Positions 51,108 through 59,072 of a stretch of 64,000 bases of DNA are shown here, piece after piece. A program made the translations under genes and the position numbers. Location: NCBI GenBank assembly GCA_944386165.1, contig CALXAA010000005.1, positions 3,328 to 67,327 of the forward strand. Reading direction: 5' to 3'. Numbering within the stretch: the stretch's first letter is position 1; every line of letters starts with the position of its first letter. The notes under the pieces were generated by a model. The model saw nothing but the letters and a program-made list of their open reading frames with translations. It ran no database searches and was not told the DNA's origin. This DNA is from an uncultured Clostridia bacterium (GTDB taxonomy: Bacteria > Bacillota > Clostridia > TANB77 > CAG-508).

Positions 51108-54100
51108 TCAATCAAATAATTTTAATATTTCTTCTTTTGACAATCTACTAATAAATGACACTTTTGTATCAAGCATATTATCTATTAATTGTGACTTTCT
51201 TTGTTGTAGTTCATATATTTTTTCTTCTATAGAATTTTTTGTTATTAATTTATAAACTTGTACATGATTTTTTTGACCAATTCTATAAGCTCTGTCTGTT
51301 GCCTGGTTTTCAGCAGATGCATTCCACCATGGGTCATAATGTATTACCATATCTGCACCAGTTAAATTCAATCCTGTTCCTCCTGCTTTTAATGAAATTA
51401 AAAAAACTTTGATGTTTTTATTTTCATTAAATTCATCTACCATTCTGATTCTTTCATCAACCTTTGTTGCACCTGTTAATTTAAAATATTTAATTGCATT
51501 ATTATCTAATTCCTTTTCTATTAATTCAAACATAGATGTATATCCAGAAAATAGTAAAATTTTGTGTCCCGCTTCTACAGCATCTTTAACAATTTCTACA
51601 CATTGTTCTAATTTACTACTTCCCCCTTCGTAATCTTTTATAAATAAACTTGGATGACAACAAATTTGCCTTAATCTAGTTAGAGCTGCTAATACTTGAA
51701 TATGGCTTTTTTCTATGCCATTCAATTGAATTGCTTCTTTAACATCCTGTTTTGCTTGTGCCAAATATGTTAAATATATTTTTTCTTGTTCTTCCTTCAT
51801 TTGGTTATTCAAAACTGTTATTGTTTTTTCAGGAAGTTCTGTTAATACTTGTTTTTTTGTTCTTCTTAAAACAAATGGCTCAATTAACATTTTTAATTTT
51901 TTCATTGCTGTTACACTATTTTCTTTTACTATAGGTGTTTCATATTCTGTTTTGAATTTTTTATATCCAAATAAATATCCTGGCATAATGAAATCAAAAA
52001 TAGACCATAATTCTGCTAATGAATTTTCTATTGGTGTACCTGTTAAAGCATATCTTGTTTCTGCAACAATCTCTTTTACTGCTTTTGCATTTTGTGTATT
52101 ACTATTTTTTAAGTATTGTGCTTCATCGGCAATTGCATATTTGAATTCATATTTCTTTTCTTTATATACTTCAATATCTCTTTTTAATAAATCATATGAT
52201 GTAATAATTAAATCATAATTTTGAATCTCTGAAATTTGTTTTTTTCTTTCTTCTGCAGTTCCTCTAATTACAAGAGTTTTTAAATTATTTGTAAATTTTT
52301 GTGCTTCATTTTGCCAGTTTAATGTAAGTGAACTTGGACTTATTACTATTGATGCTTTTCTTTCTTTTTCTTGTTCTACATATCCTACAATAATTGATAA
52401 CATTTGAACAGTCTTTCCAAGCCCCATATCATCTGCTAAAATTCCACCAAACTTATAATTATCTATCGTTTTTAACCATTTATATCCTGTTTTTTGATAA
52501 TATCTTAATACATTTTCTAAGTTTGATGGTATTTGAATATCTTCTTCTCCATTTTCTTTGTCTAGTCCATTTATAATTTTCTTATATTCTGAATTTTTTA
52601 TTATTTGTGTATCATTTATTGTTTTTAATAATTGGTTTAAATATAATGTTCTATTTACAGGTAAACGTATATTGCCTTTTTCTAGTTCTTTATAGCTTAT
52701 ATCCATTCCTTTTATTAGTTTATCAATAAATTCAATATCTTGGTTTTCTTCAAAACTTACAAATGTTCCGTCTTTTAACTTATGATATTTTTTCTTTAGT
52801 TCATATTTTTTTATTATATCTTCTAATTCTTTTACATCTATATTTAAGTTTTGTAAATCTATTGTTAATAAATTGTTTTCAACTTTGATTCCTAAACTTC
52901 CTATTTTAGGTTGCTTTATTTGTTTTGTTCTAAATTTATCTGTTACCATTACCTCAAATGCTTGCATATAATTTTGAATGTCATTTGATAGAAATTCATA
53001 AATTTTATCTTCATCTGGTAATATAAAACATTTTTTGGATTCATAAAACATAAATCCTGTTTTTCTTATCATGTTAACAGCTTTACTTTCTGCAATCATA
53101 TCTCGTGGGTATTTGGTATCAATTTTTGGTTCTAATGGATTAAATTCTATATCTCCATAGCAAAACTTTATCTCTGCTAGAATTCTATCATGTTCATCAA
53201 AATCTAAAAACATTTTTACCACTAAAGTTTTAGGTTTATATTTTTCTATTTCTTTTTCATTAATATCTTTGAATTCAATGTTGTTTTTTAGACGCGGAAT
53301 TATTACAGAAAAAAGTTCTGGTAATTGTTCTTTTCCAAAAACTATTTCTGTTAGATAATTCTCTTTAAATAATTGTAATAGTCTTATTACTGAATTTTCA
53401 TATTCTTTGCTACATTTATATATTGTTCCTTTAAATAAAATGTATGTATTTTGTTTTCCTTCAAATATTTTTAAATCTTTTATAATATCTATATTATCAG
53501 TTAAAATTATTTTATATTCTTTTTCATTTACTTTCTTTATTTTAAAGTGTAATTTGGGATCATTTTCCGAAAAATTAATAATGCTATCTTCATTTTCTGT
53601 TTGCATTAATACATTTCTATCTTTTAAAATATCAAAAAGCTTATCTAGTAATGTTCTATTTACTACTATACTGCTTTCATCTAGTGCTTTTCCATAATAT
53701 CTGTAATTAGAATTTGAATTAGAATTTACTGTATTTATTATTTCAGCATTTTTTAATATAAAATCTAATAAGTCTTGGTCTTTTTCGGTGAATGCTTCTT
53801 TTTTATGTATAAATTCTAAATTATTACCATATTTGAATTTTTCAGAATGTTGCATTCTATCATAAAATTCAACTAGGTTTTTAAGTTTATACATTCTTTT
53901 ATCACCAATTTTGAAATCAATTTTTAATGAATTATAATACTTATTATATATAAGCCTTGGTTCAATTTTTATTTTATTATTAATATCTGTTTCTACTCTT
54001 TTTTCTTCTGTTTCATGCATTTCTTCTTCATACAATTCATTTACTATCTGCGCAAAACTTCTATATTTTTGATTTGCTCTTAGTTTTTTATTTACATCAA

Positions 54101-54431
54101 TTTTATCTTCTCTTGATAACATGTTTTCGTATTTTGGATTTTCATCAAATTCCATTATTGTGGCTATTATATGTTTACATGCTGCATATCTACCTCTATA
54201 ATCTAAACATTCACATGTTATATCACTAATTTCTCCATCTTCAACAGATACATTAGTTCTATAAATTTCTTGTCCTAATACTTTTCCCGTAATTTCGAAA
54301 TTGTTTTTATTTTTGTAATTTATTTTTGTAATATCAACTTTTTCTGTTTTCACATATAATCTAGCTTTTTGAACTCTTATATCACCTGCATCTTCAAATA
54401 ATTCTTCTTTTATTTTATTATCAACTAACAT
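51108..54431 (-). CDS. SNF2-family helicase with an N-terminal SWIM zinc finger (YwqA-like)
   Basis: SWIM CxC..CxH (CECLDYRGRYAACKH). Helicase motifs LADDMGLGKT, ADEAQYLKN, LTGTPIEN, and C-terminal QATDRAYRIGQ. Confidence 0.9.
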   Translation of the reverse strand: MLVDNKIKEELFEDAGDIRVQKARLYVKTEKVDITKINYKNKNNFEITGKVLGQEIYRTNVSVEDGEISDITCECLDYRGRYAACKHIIATIMEFDENPKYENMLSREDKIDVNKKLRANQKYRSFAQIVNELYEEEMHETEEKRVETDINNKIKIEPRLIYNKYYNSLKIDFKIGDKRMYKLKNLVEFYDRMQHSEKFKYGNNLEFIHKKEAFTEKDQDLLDFILKNAEIINTVNSNSNSNYRYYGKALDESSIVVNRTLLDKLFDILKDRNVLMQTENEDSIINFSENDPKLHFKIKKVNEKEYKIILTDNIDIIKDLKIFEGKQNTYILFKGTIYKCSKEYENSVIRLLQLFKENYLTEIVFGKEQLPELFSVIIPRLKNNIEFKDINEKEIEKYKPKTLVVKMFLDFDEHDRILAEIKFCYGDIEFNPLEPKIDTKYPRDMIAESKAVNMIRKTGFMFYESKKCFILPDEDKIYEFLSNDIQNYMQAFEVMVTDKFRTKQIKQPKIGSLGIKVENNLLTIDLQNLNIDVKELEDIIKKYELKKKYHKLKDGTFVSFEENQDIEFIDKLIKGMDISYKELEKGNIRLPVNRTLYLNQLLKTINDTQIIKNSEYKKIINGLDKENGEEDIQIPSNLENVLRYYQKTGYKWLKTIDNYKFGGILADDMGLGKTVQMLSIIVGYVEQEKERKASIVISPSSLTLNWQNEAQKFTNNLKTLVIRGTAEERKKQISEIQNYDLIITSYDLLKRDIEVYKEKKYEFKYAIADEAQYLKNSNTQNAKAVKEIVAETRYALTGTPIENSLAELWSIFDFIMPGYLFGYKKFKTEYETPIVKENSVTAMKKLKMLIEPFVLRRTKKQVLTELPEKTITVLNNQMKEEQEKIYLTYLAQAKQDVKEAIQLNGIEKSHIQVLAALTRLRQICCHPSLFIKDYEGGSSKLEQCVEIVKDAVEAGHKILLFSGYTSMFELIEKELDNNAIKYFKLTGATKVDERIRMVDEFNENKNIKVFLISLKAGGTGLNLTGADMVIHYDPWWNASAENQATDRAYRIGQKNHVQVYKLITKNSIEEKIYELQQRKSQLIDNMLDTKVSFISRLSKEEILKLFD

Positions 54432-54536
54432 GCCTATTTTCCCCTTTAGAATGAAACTTTTATAAACTTTTATTATAAATATAAAACATTTTTCGATTTT
54501 TTTCTTGAAGCTACATTATAAACTATTTTTCCACTT

Positions 54537-54592
54537 TTGTCAATGTCAATGTTGTCAATTGGGTTGTCAATGAGGACGGAGATTTTGACAAC
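54537..54592. repeat. REP-like repeat copy (reverse orientation) preceded by stuttered partial arms
   Basis: TTGTCAATGTCAATGTTGTCAATTGG is followed by GTTGTCAATGAGGACGGAGATTTTGACAAC (54563-54592; 1 mismatch to consensus). Confidence 0.9.
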
Positions 54593-54855
54593 TTTTGACT
54601 ACGGAAACGTTATGAGAAAGCTATTGTAATTAACTTAATAAAAAAATTTGTACTGATTAAATGGTATTTGATTAAAAAAACAAAATCTTACCCTAAAACA
54701 TTTACTTAATTTAATTGTTACGAACTAGAGTCAAATAGTTTTTAATTAATTTCTCATTTTGCACATGTAATTTGTTACTGGTGTTATTTGTAAACTTAAT
54801 TTATCATTTTTTTTTGGTATTATAAATTTAAATATATTGATAAATGAGGTATTAT

Positions 54856-55101
54856 ATGGGAAATAAAATGGAACAAGATATCTATTATTTAGTTGGTCAA
54901 AATATAAAAAAGCAAAGGAAATTAAAAAATTTAACACAATTACAATTAGCAGAAAAATCATTTTTTAGTTATGAATTTATAAGAAAAATTGAGTCTAAAA
55001 GTTCATGTAGAAACACTTTTTCTTTAGACACTGTTGATAAAATTGCAAAAGTTCTTGAAGTTGATATTAGAATTTTATTTGAACCTTTAGATGAGGAATG
55101 A
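54856..55101 (+). CDS. XRE-family helix-turn-helix transcriptional regulator (81 aa)
   Basis: The QNIKKQRKLKNLTQLQLAEKSFFSYEFIRKIE motif is typical of HTH_3/XRE. ATG at 54856 lies 6 nt after GAGG. Confidence 0.8.
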   Translation: MGNKMEQDIYYLVGQNIKKQRKLKNLTQLQLAEKSFFSYEFIRKIESKSSCRNTFSLDTVDKIAKVLEVDIRILFEPLDEE

Positions 55102-55145
55102 TGTCAATGGTTGTCAAAATCTCCGTCCCCATTGACACATTGACA
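55102..55145. repeat. REP-like repeat copy (forward orientation) with partial arm and terminal 8-nt duplication
   Basis: TGTCAATGG + TTGTCAAAATCTCCGTCCCCATTGACA (55111-55137) + a duplicated CATTGACA. Begins 1 nt after the xre stop codon. Confidence 0.9.
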
Positions 55146-55235
55146 TAGAATTTTTTTATTTACCCTTATTTAAGTCGAAAATAATTTTAAACTTTGGAGG
55201 GTAAAACCTCCATAATTTAAAGGAGGAAACATCTC

Positions 55236-55496
55236 ATGAAAATGAAACGCTGGACTTTAAAACTTATTATTGCAGTAATAATAGCAACAATTATATTCTT
55301 GTGTAGTAAAATCATATTTGAACTGTGTTCATATCCCGAAAGTAATAGAACAACTTCGTCTCAATGTGACAAAAAAGAAAATATTAATTCTAATGATGCC
55401 TACTATGCTATGGCACAAATGTATCTTGCTCAGGGAAATTTGGGGATGTGGAATTTTTATATGAGCATGGCCAATGCTAATGGTCAACATAATTGA
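55236..55496 (+). CDS. small membrane protein (86 aa), unknown function
   Basis: Strong AAAGGAGGAAAC SD. One N-terminal TM (LKLIIAVIIATIIFLCSKIIF). Followed by a very strong terminator. Confidence 0.6.
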   Translation: MKMKRWTLKLIIAVIIATIIFLCSKIIFELCSYPESNRTTSSQCDKKENINSNDAYYAMAQMYLAQGNLGMWNFYMSMANANGQHN

Positions 55497-55616
55497 GTAT
55501 TGATGTAAAAAGTCATACTGTATACTGTAATTCGGTATGAACAGTTAGACAGAAAATAACAATAAAGGAAGTGAATACTTATAAAGATTCAAAGTTGATT
55601 TCAACAGAATACAAAT

Positions 55617-55672
55617 AACATGTATATGCACTTTAGATTATCAGATAATCTAAAGTGCATTACATGTTTTCC
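55617..55672 (+). terminator. very long hairpin terminator (25-bp stem with one bulge)
   Basis: AACATGTAtATGCACTTTAGATTATC a GATAATCTAAAGTGCATTACATGTT, followed by TTCC. Confidence 0.7.
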
Positions 55673-55714
55673 TATTTATTGCTTGAGAATTGAAATTCAA
55701 GAATGTATCAAAGA

Positions 55715-55743
55715 GTGTCAATGGGGATGGAGATTTTGACAAC
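55715..55743. repeat. REP-like repeat copy (reverse orientation), left flank of the Y1 transposase gene
   Basis: GTGTCAATGGGGATGGAGATTTTGACAAC; 2 mismatches to consensus. Confidence 0.9.
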
Positions 55744-55764
55744 TTTTACTTATTTTGTTTTTTG

Positions 55765-56484
55765 CTATTGATTATAAATTTTTCTAACCGTTTCTCTACT
55801 TATTTCTAATTCTTCTGCTATTTTTCTCAACGAAATTTTATTTTTATCTTTCAAAAGCAAAATTAGTTCCTTTAACAATTCCTTTCTTTGTTTTATAGAT
55901 TTTAAGTCTATCCTGTTTTCTTTTAAATATGCTTCTATAATTTTATTACATGTTATCACATTCTTTTCATCCACATCAATAAATACATATTCTTCATTAT
56001 TGCACTCACTGTTAGTCATCAAACTATATCTCTCTTTAAATTCGGTTTTCATCATTTTATAATTTGAATAAGGATATTCTTCAGGTTTGTTACATATTCC
56101 TGCTTTTACGGGATTATTATAGATATATTTTATGCAGTTATATAAATGTTTTTCACTATATATTCCTTCCGCTTTATACCTATCTCTAAAAACATAGCCA
56201 ACTCTACTATATTTTTTATTATAATATTTTCCATATGTAGTATTAATTCTTTGCATATATTTACTTAATTGTTCAATTAATTGCGTTTTTATTAACATAT
56301 GTGTATGATTATTCATTATACAATATGCTATTATATTGATGTTATGTTCTTCTTTTATTTTATACATTATTTTTACATAATATTTTATATCTTCTGGTTT
56401 TTCAAAAATATAACTTTTTTCAATTCCTTGAGTAATTACATGGAAAAATGGAGTATTCATGTAGTTTCGCGGAAGTCTTGACAT
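55765..56484 (-). CDS. IS200-like Y1 (HUH) transposase of the REP-associated tyrosine transposase (RAYT) type, with a C-terminal HTH-like tail
   Basis: HUH motif in CIMNNHTHMLIK. Catalytic-Tyr region YNCIKYIYNNPVKAGI and GYVFRDRYKAE are typical of COG1943/Y1_Tnp RAYT-like proteins. The C-terminus LRKIAEELEISRETVRKIY looks like a helix-turn-helix. Confidence 0.8.
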   Translation of the reverse strand: MSRLPRNYMNTPFFHVITQGIEKSYIFEKPEDIKYYVKIMYKIKEEHNINIIAYCIMNNHTHMLIKTQLIEQLSKYMQRINTTYGKYYNKKYSRVGYVFRDRYKAEGIYSEKHLYNCIKYIYNNPVKAGICNKPEEYPYSNYKMMKTEFKERYSLMTNSECNNEEYVFIDVDEKNVITCNKIIEAYLKENRIDLKSIKQRKELLKELILLLKDKNKISLRKIAEELEISRETVRKIYNQ

Positions 56485-56498
56485 TAAATTCCTCCTTT

Positions 56499-56547
56499 AC
56501 AAAAATAGTATGATATAATAGCAAATATTATATCATACTATTTTTGT
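56499..56547 (-). promoter_or_regulatory. 21-bp perfect inverted repeat abutting the RAYT ribosome-binding site
   Basis: ACAAAAATAGTATGATATAAT / ATTATATCATACTATTTTTGT with a 7-nt loop. On the minus strand the hairpin ends directly at AAAGGAGG, 6 nt before the ATG. Contains TATAAT on both strands. Confidence 0.8.
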
Positions 56548-56593
56548 ATTTTTTGTCGAAACTTGTAATTATTTAAATTTTTTTATTATAAAA

Positions 56594-56623
56594 GTTGTCA
56601 AAATCTCCGTCCCCATTGACAAC
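56594..56623. repeat. REP-like repeat copy (forward orientation, full 30-nt consensus)
   Basis: GTTGTCAAAATCTCCGTCCCCATTGACAAC, 12 nt from the 3' end of tRNA-Gly. Confidence 0.9.
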
Positions 56624-56635
56624 CTTCAAAAAAAT

Positions 56636-56709
56636 TGGAGCGGGTAGAGGGAATCGAACCCTCACCACCAGGTCGGAAGCATGGGATTCTACCATTAAAC
56701 TATACCCGC
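56636..56709 (-). tRNA. tRNA-Gly (anticodon UCC), CCA encoded
   Basis: Hand-folded cloverleaf: 7-bp acceptor GCGGGTA/TACCCGC, T-arm GAGGG-TTCGATT-CCCTC, anticodon loop CT-TCC-GA, 74 nt including the 3' CCA. Confidence 0.9.
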
Positions 56710-56836
56710 AAAAATTATATTTAAAAATATTCCCATGCTTATAATATACTATAAACTAATCAAAATAACAAGTAATTTTTCAAATTTTATGGCTGTTTCC
56801 AACATTTTACTAAAAACAATTATATAAACTATAAAA

Positions 56837-57092
56837 CTATGTTATAAGTAATTTTATAACTATTAATAGCACACTCCCTGGCACACCTAAAATTCCGTAT
56901 TAAAATTGAAGTAAAAAAATTTAGACCTATGTGAAATCCCCAATTTGCACCAATTATATTTATTATATAAATCAAAATCCCACCTAAAATAGAATTAAAT
57001 ATCAATTTCAAAATCCATTTTAAAGGAACAATAAAAATTCGCCCAATTATAAATAAAAAACATATACAAGATATAAATATTAGTGTATTCAT
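56837..57092 (-). pseudogene. bofA: BofA-family (pro-sigma-K processing inhibitor) gene with a frameshift near codon 66
   Basis: The ORF reads ...NSILGGILIYIINIIGANWGFHIGLNFFTSILI, then turns to nonsense. Shifting one nt at about 56897 gives GILGVPGSVLLIVIKLLIT-stop (stop at 56837-56839), matching the conserved BofA C-terminus (GILGIPG in B. subtilis). Confidence 0.7.
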
Positions 57093-57259
57093 ACCTTTCC
57101 TCCACTTTCTTTTCTTACTTTCTGTAATCTATATTAAATAGATTACATTACACCATCTTTATATTTAATGTTTATGTTTTTAATTGGACAAATATACATT
57201 TTATTTTTACTTTTTTTGCAATAATTTAAAAAGACTTTTTCCACAATAGAAAACTTCTT

Positions 57260-57556
57260 TTAAACAGCCATTTCTCTTCTAGAAAATAATCTTAATTTTA
57301 TTTCATTATCTCTTGACAACACTATTCCCTTCTGTTTTGCGACCTTAATTAAATAGTCTAATTTAGATTGATTTGCTTTTATTTGATAAATATAATAGTC
57401 TATCATATCATCTTCAGCATATTCAAAATTACTTCTTGCAATTTTAAGCTTTTCCTTTGTTTCAATAATGCTTTGCATTATCTCTGTTTCCCTTTCTTTT
57501 TCACTTTTCCCCTTTAACATTTTAGATAACAAATATTCCTCTTGCACAGCACACAC
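57260..57556 (-). CDS. YaaL-like protein (DUF2508)
   Basis: About 85-98 aa with the YYIYQIKA..KLDYLIKVAK pattern, and the conserved yaaL-bofA neighbourhood known from Bacillus. Start uncertain (GTG 57556, TTG 57532 or ATG 57520). Confidence 0.6.
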   Translation of the reverse strand: MCAVQEEYLLSKMLKGKSEKERETEIMQSIIETKEKLKIARSNFEYAEDDMIDYYIYQIKANQSKLDYLIKVAKQKGIVLSRDNEIKLRLFSRREMAV

Positions 57557-57660
57557 CTCTTTACAATATTTAGGTTTTATGGTTTTACCTATAAACCTCT
57601 ACACTTTTAGTTTATTTTATTAATCATTTTTCCTATTATGCACAAATTATGTAATTTTTA

Positions 57661-57689
57661 TTGAATTTTCCATAATTTTATTATATAAT
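57661..57689 (+). promoter_or_regulatory. serS promoter (TTGAAT-17-TATAAT)
   Basis: TTGAAT at 57661-57666 and TATAAT at 57684-57689. Short unstructured leader to the ATG at 57726. Confidence 0.55.
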
Positions 57690-57725
57690 AAGGAAAAATT
57701 TTAACTGAAAGGAAATGTATTATAA

Positions 57726-59012
57726 ATGATAGATATAAAATTAATTAGAGAAAATCCAGAATTGGTAAAAGAAAATATTAAGAAAAAATTTCAAGACCAT
57801 AAGCTTGTTTTAGTTGATGAAGTTATAGAACTTGATAGAAAAAATAGAGATGCAAAATTAAATGGAGATAACCTTCGTTCTGAAAGAAAAAAACTAAGTG
57901 AAGAAATTGGAAAACTTATGAAAGCTAATCAAAAAGCTGAAGCAGAAAAACTTCGTCAAGAAGTTCAAAAAGTAAATTCTGCCATAGAAGAAAATGAAGA
58001 ATTAGAAGAACATTATTCTGAAGAAATTAAAGCTAGAATGATGAAAATTCCAAATATTATAGATAGTTCAGTTCCAATTGGAAAAGATGATAGTGAAAAT
58101 GTTGAAGTTCAAAAATTTGGAGATCCTTTTGTTCCAAAATATGAAATTCCTTATCATGCAGATATAATTGACAGATTTAATGGTCTTGATAAAGAAAGTG
58201 CAGGTCGTACTAGCGGTGTTGGATTTTATTATTTAATTGGCGATATAGCTCGTTTACATGAAGCTATGCTTGCATATGCTCGTGATTATATGATAGGCCA
58301 TGGATTTACTTATTGCATACCACCATTTATGATTAGAAGCAATGTAGTAACAGGTGTAATGTCTTTTGATGAAATGGAAGCTATGATGTATAAAATTGAA
58401 GGTGAAGATTTATACCTAATCGGTACTTCTGAACACAGTATGATTGGTAGATTTATTGACCAAATTGTTGATGAATCTCAATTACCTATTACCCTAACAT
58501 CATATTCTCCATGCTTTAGAAAAGAAATTGGATCACATGGATTAGAAGAAAGAGGTTTATATAGAGTTCATCAATTTGAAAAACAAGAAATGATTGTTCT
58601 TTGTAAACCAGAAGAATCAATGGAATGGTACAATAAAATGTGGAAATTATCTGTTGATTTATTTAGAAACTTAGATATCCCTGTTAGACAACTTGATTGT
58701 TGTAGTGGTGATATGGCAGATTTAAAAGTTAAATCATGTGATATTGAAGCTTGGAGCCCTCGTCAACAAAAATATTTTGAAGTATGTTCTTGTTCTACTT
58801 TAGGTGATGCTCAAGCTAGACGTTTAGGTATTAGATATAAAACAAAAGAAGGTAATAAATTTGTTCATACTTTAAATAATACAGTTTTAGCTACTCCAAG
58901 AGCTTTAATTGCTTTATTAGAGTGTAATTATAATGAAGATGGAAGTATTAATGTTCCTAAAGTTCTACAACCATATATGGGTGGAAAGGAAAAATTAATT
59001 CCTGTAAAATAA
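57726..59012 (+). CDS. serS: seryl-tRNA synthetase
   Basis: N-terminal coiled-coil arm plus a class II core (FRKEIGSHG, RVHQFEKQE, GDMA..K, TLNNTVLATPRALIALLE). Confidence 0.95.
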   Translation: MIDIKLIRENPELVKENIKKKFQDHKLVLVDEVIELDRKNRDAKLNGDNLRSERKKLSEEIGKLMKANQKAEAEKLRQEVQKVNSAIEENEELEEHYSEEIKARMMKIPNIIDSSVPIGKDDSENVEVQKFGDPFVPKYEIPYHADIIDRFNGLDKESAGRTSGVGFYYLIGDIARLHEAMLAYARDYMIGHGFTYCIPPFMIRSNVVTGVMSFDEMEAMMYKIEGEDLYLIGTSEHSMIGRFIDQIVDESQLPITLTSYSPCFRKEIGSHGLEERGLYRVHQFEKQEMIVLCKPEESMEWYNKMWKLSVDLFRNLDIPVRQLDCCSGDMADLKVKSCDIEAWSPRQQKYFEVCSCSTLGDAQARRLGIRYKTKEGNKFVHTLNNTVLATPRALIALLECNYNEDGSINVPKVLQPYMGGKEKLIPVK

Positions 59013-59072
59013 AATTAAATATTTGAGAGCACATTTGTGCTCTTATTAATTATTAAAAGAAAGAGGTAAAAA

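Larger units (their letters stand above)
55715..56623 (-). mobile_element. REPtron-like unit: RAYT-type gene bracketed by inverted copies of the dispersed hairpin repeat
   Basis: Reverse-orientation copy at 55715-55743 and forward-orientation copy at 56594-56623 flank the single Y1 transposase ORF. The unit abuts tRNA-Gly. Confidence 0.7.

Noticed and set aside
54746-54961. 71-aa minus-strand ORF overlapping the xre start
   Set aside because: It has no SD, a low-complexity hydrophobic translation, and overlaps the better-supported xre gene and its promoter region.
54537-56623. Integron-like gene cassette array with the repeats as attC sites
   Set aside because: There is no intI-type tyrosine recombinase, the repeat orientation alternates rather than being uniform, and the cassette genes point in both directions.
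57557-57725. T-box or other riboswitch leader upstream of serS (and likewise upstream of gltX and gatC)
   Set aside because: The leaders are under 70 nt after plausible promoters. They lack a specifier-loop/T-box (AAUUAGGGUGGNACCGCG-like) sequence and a terminator/antiterminator pair.
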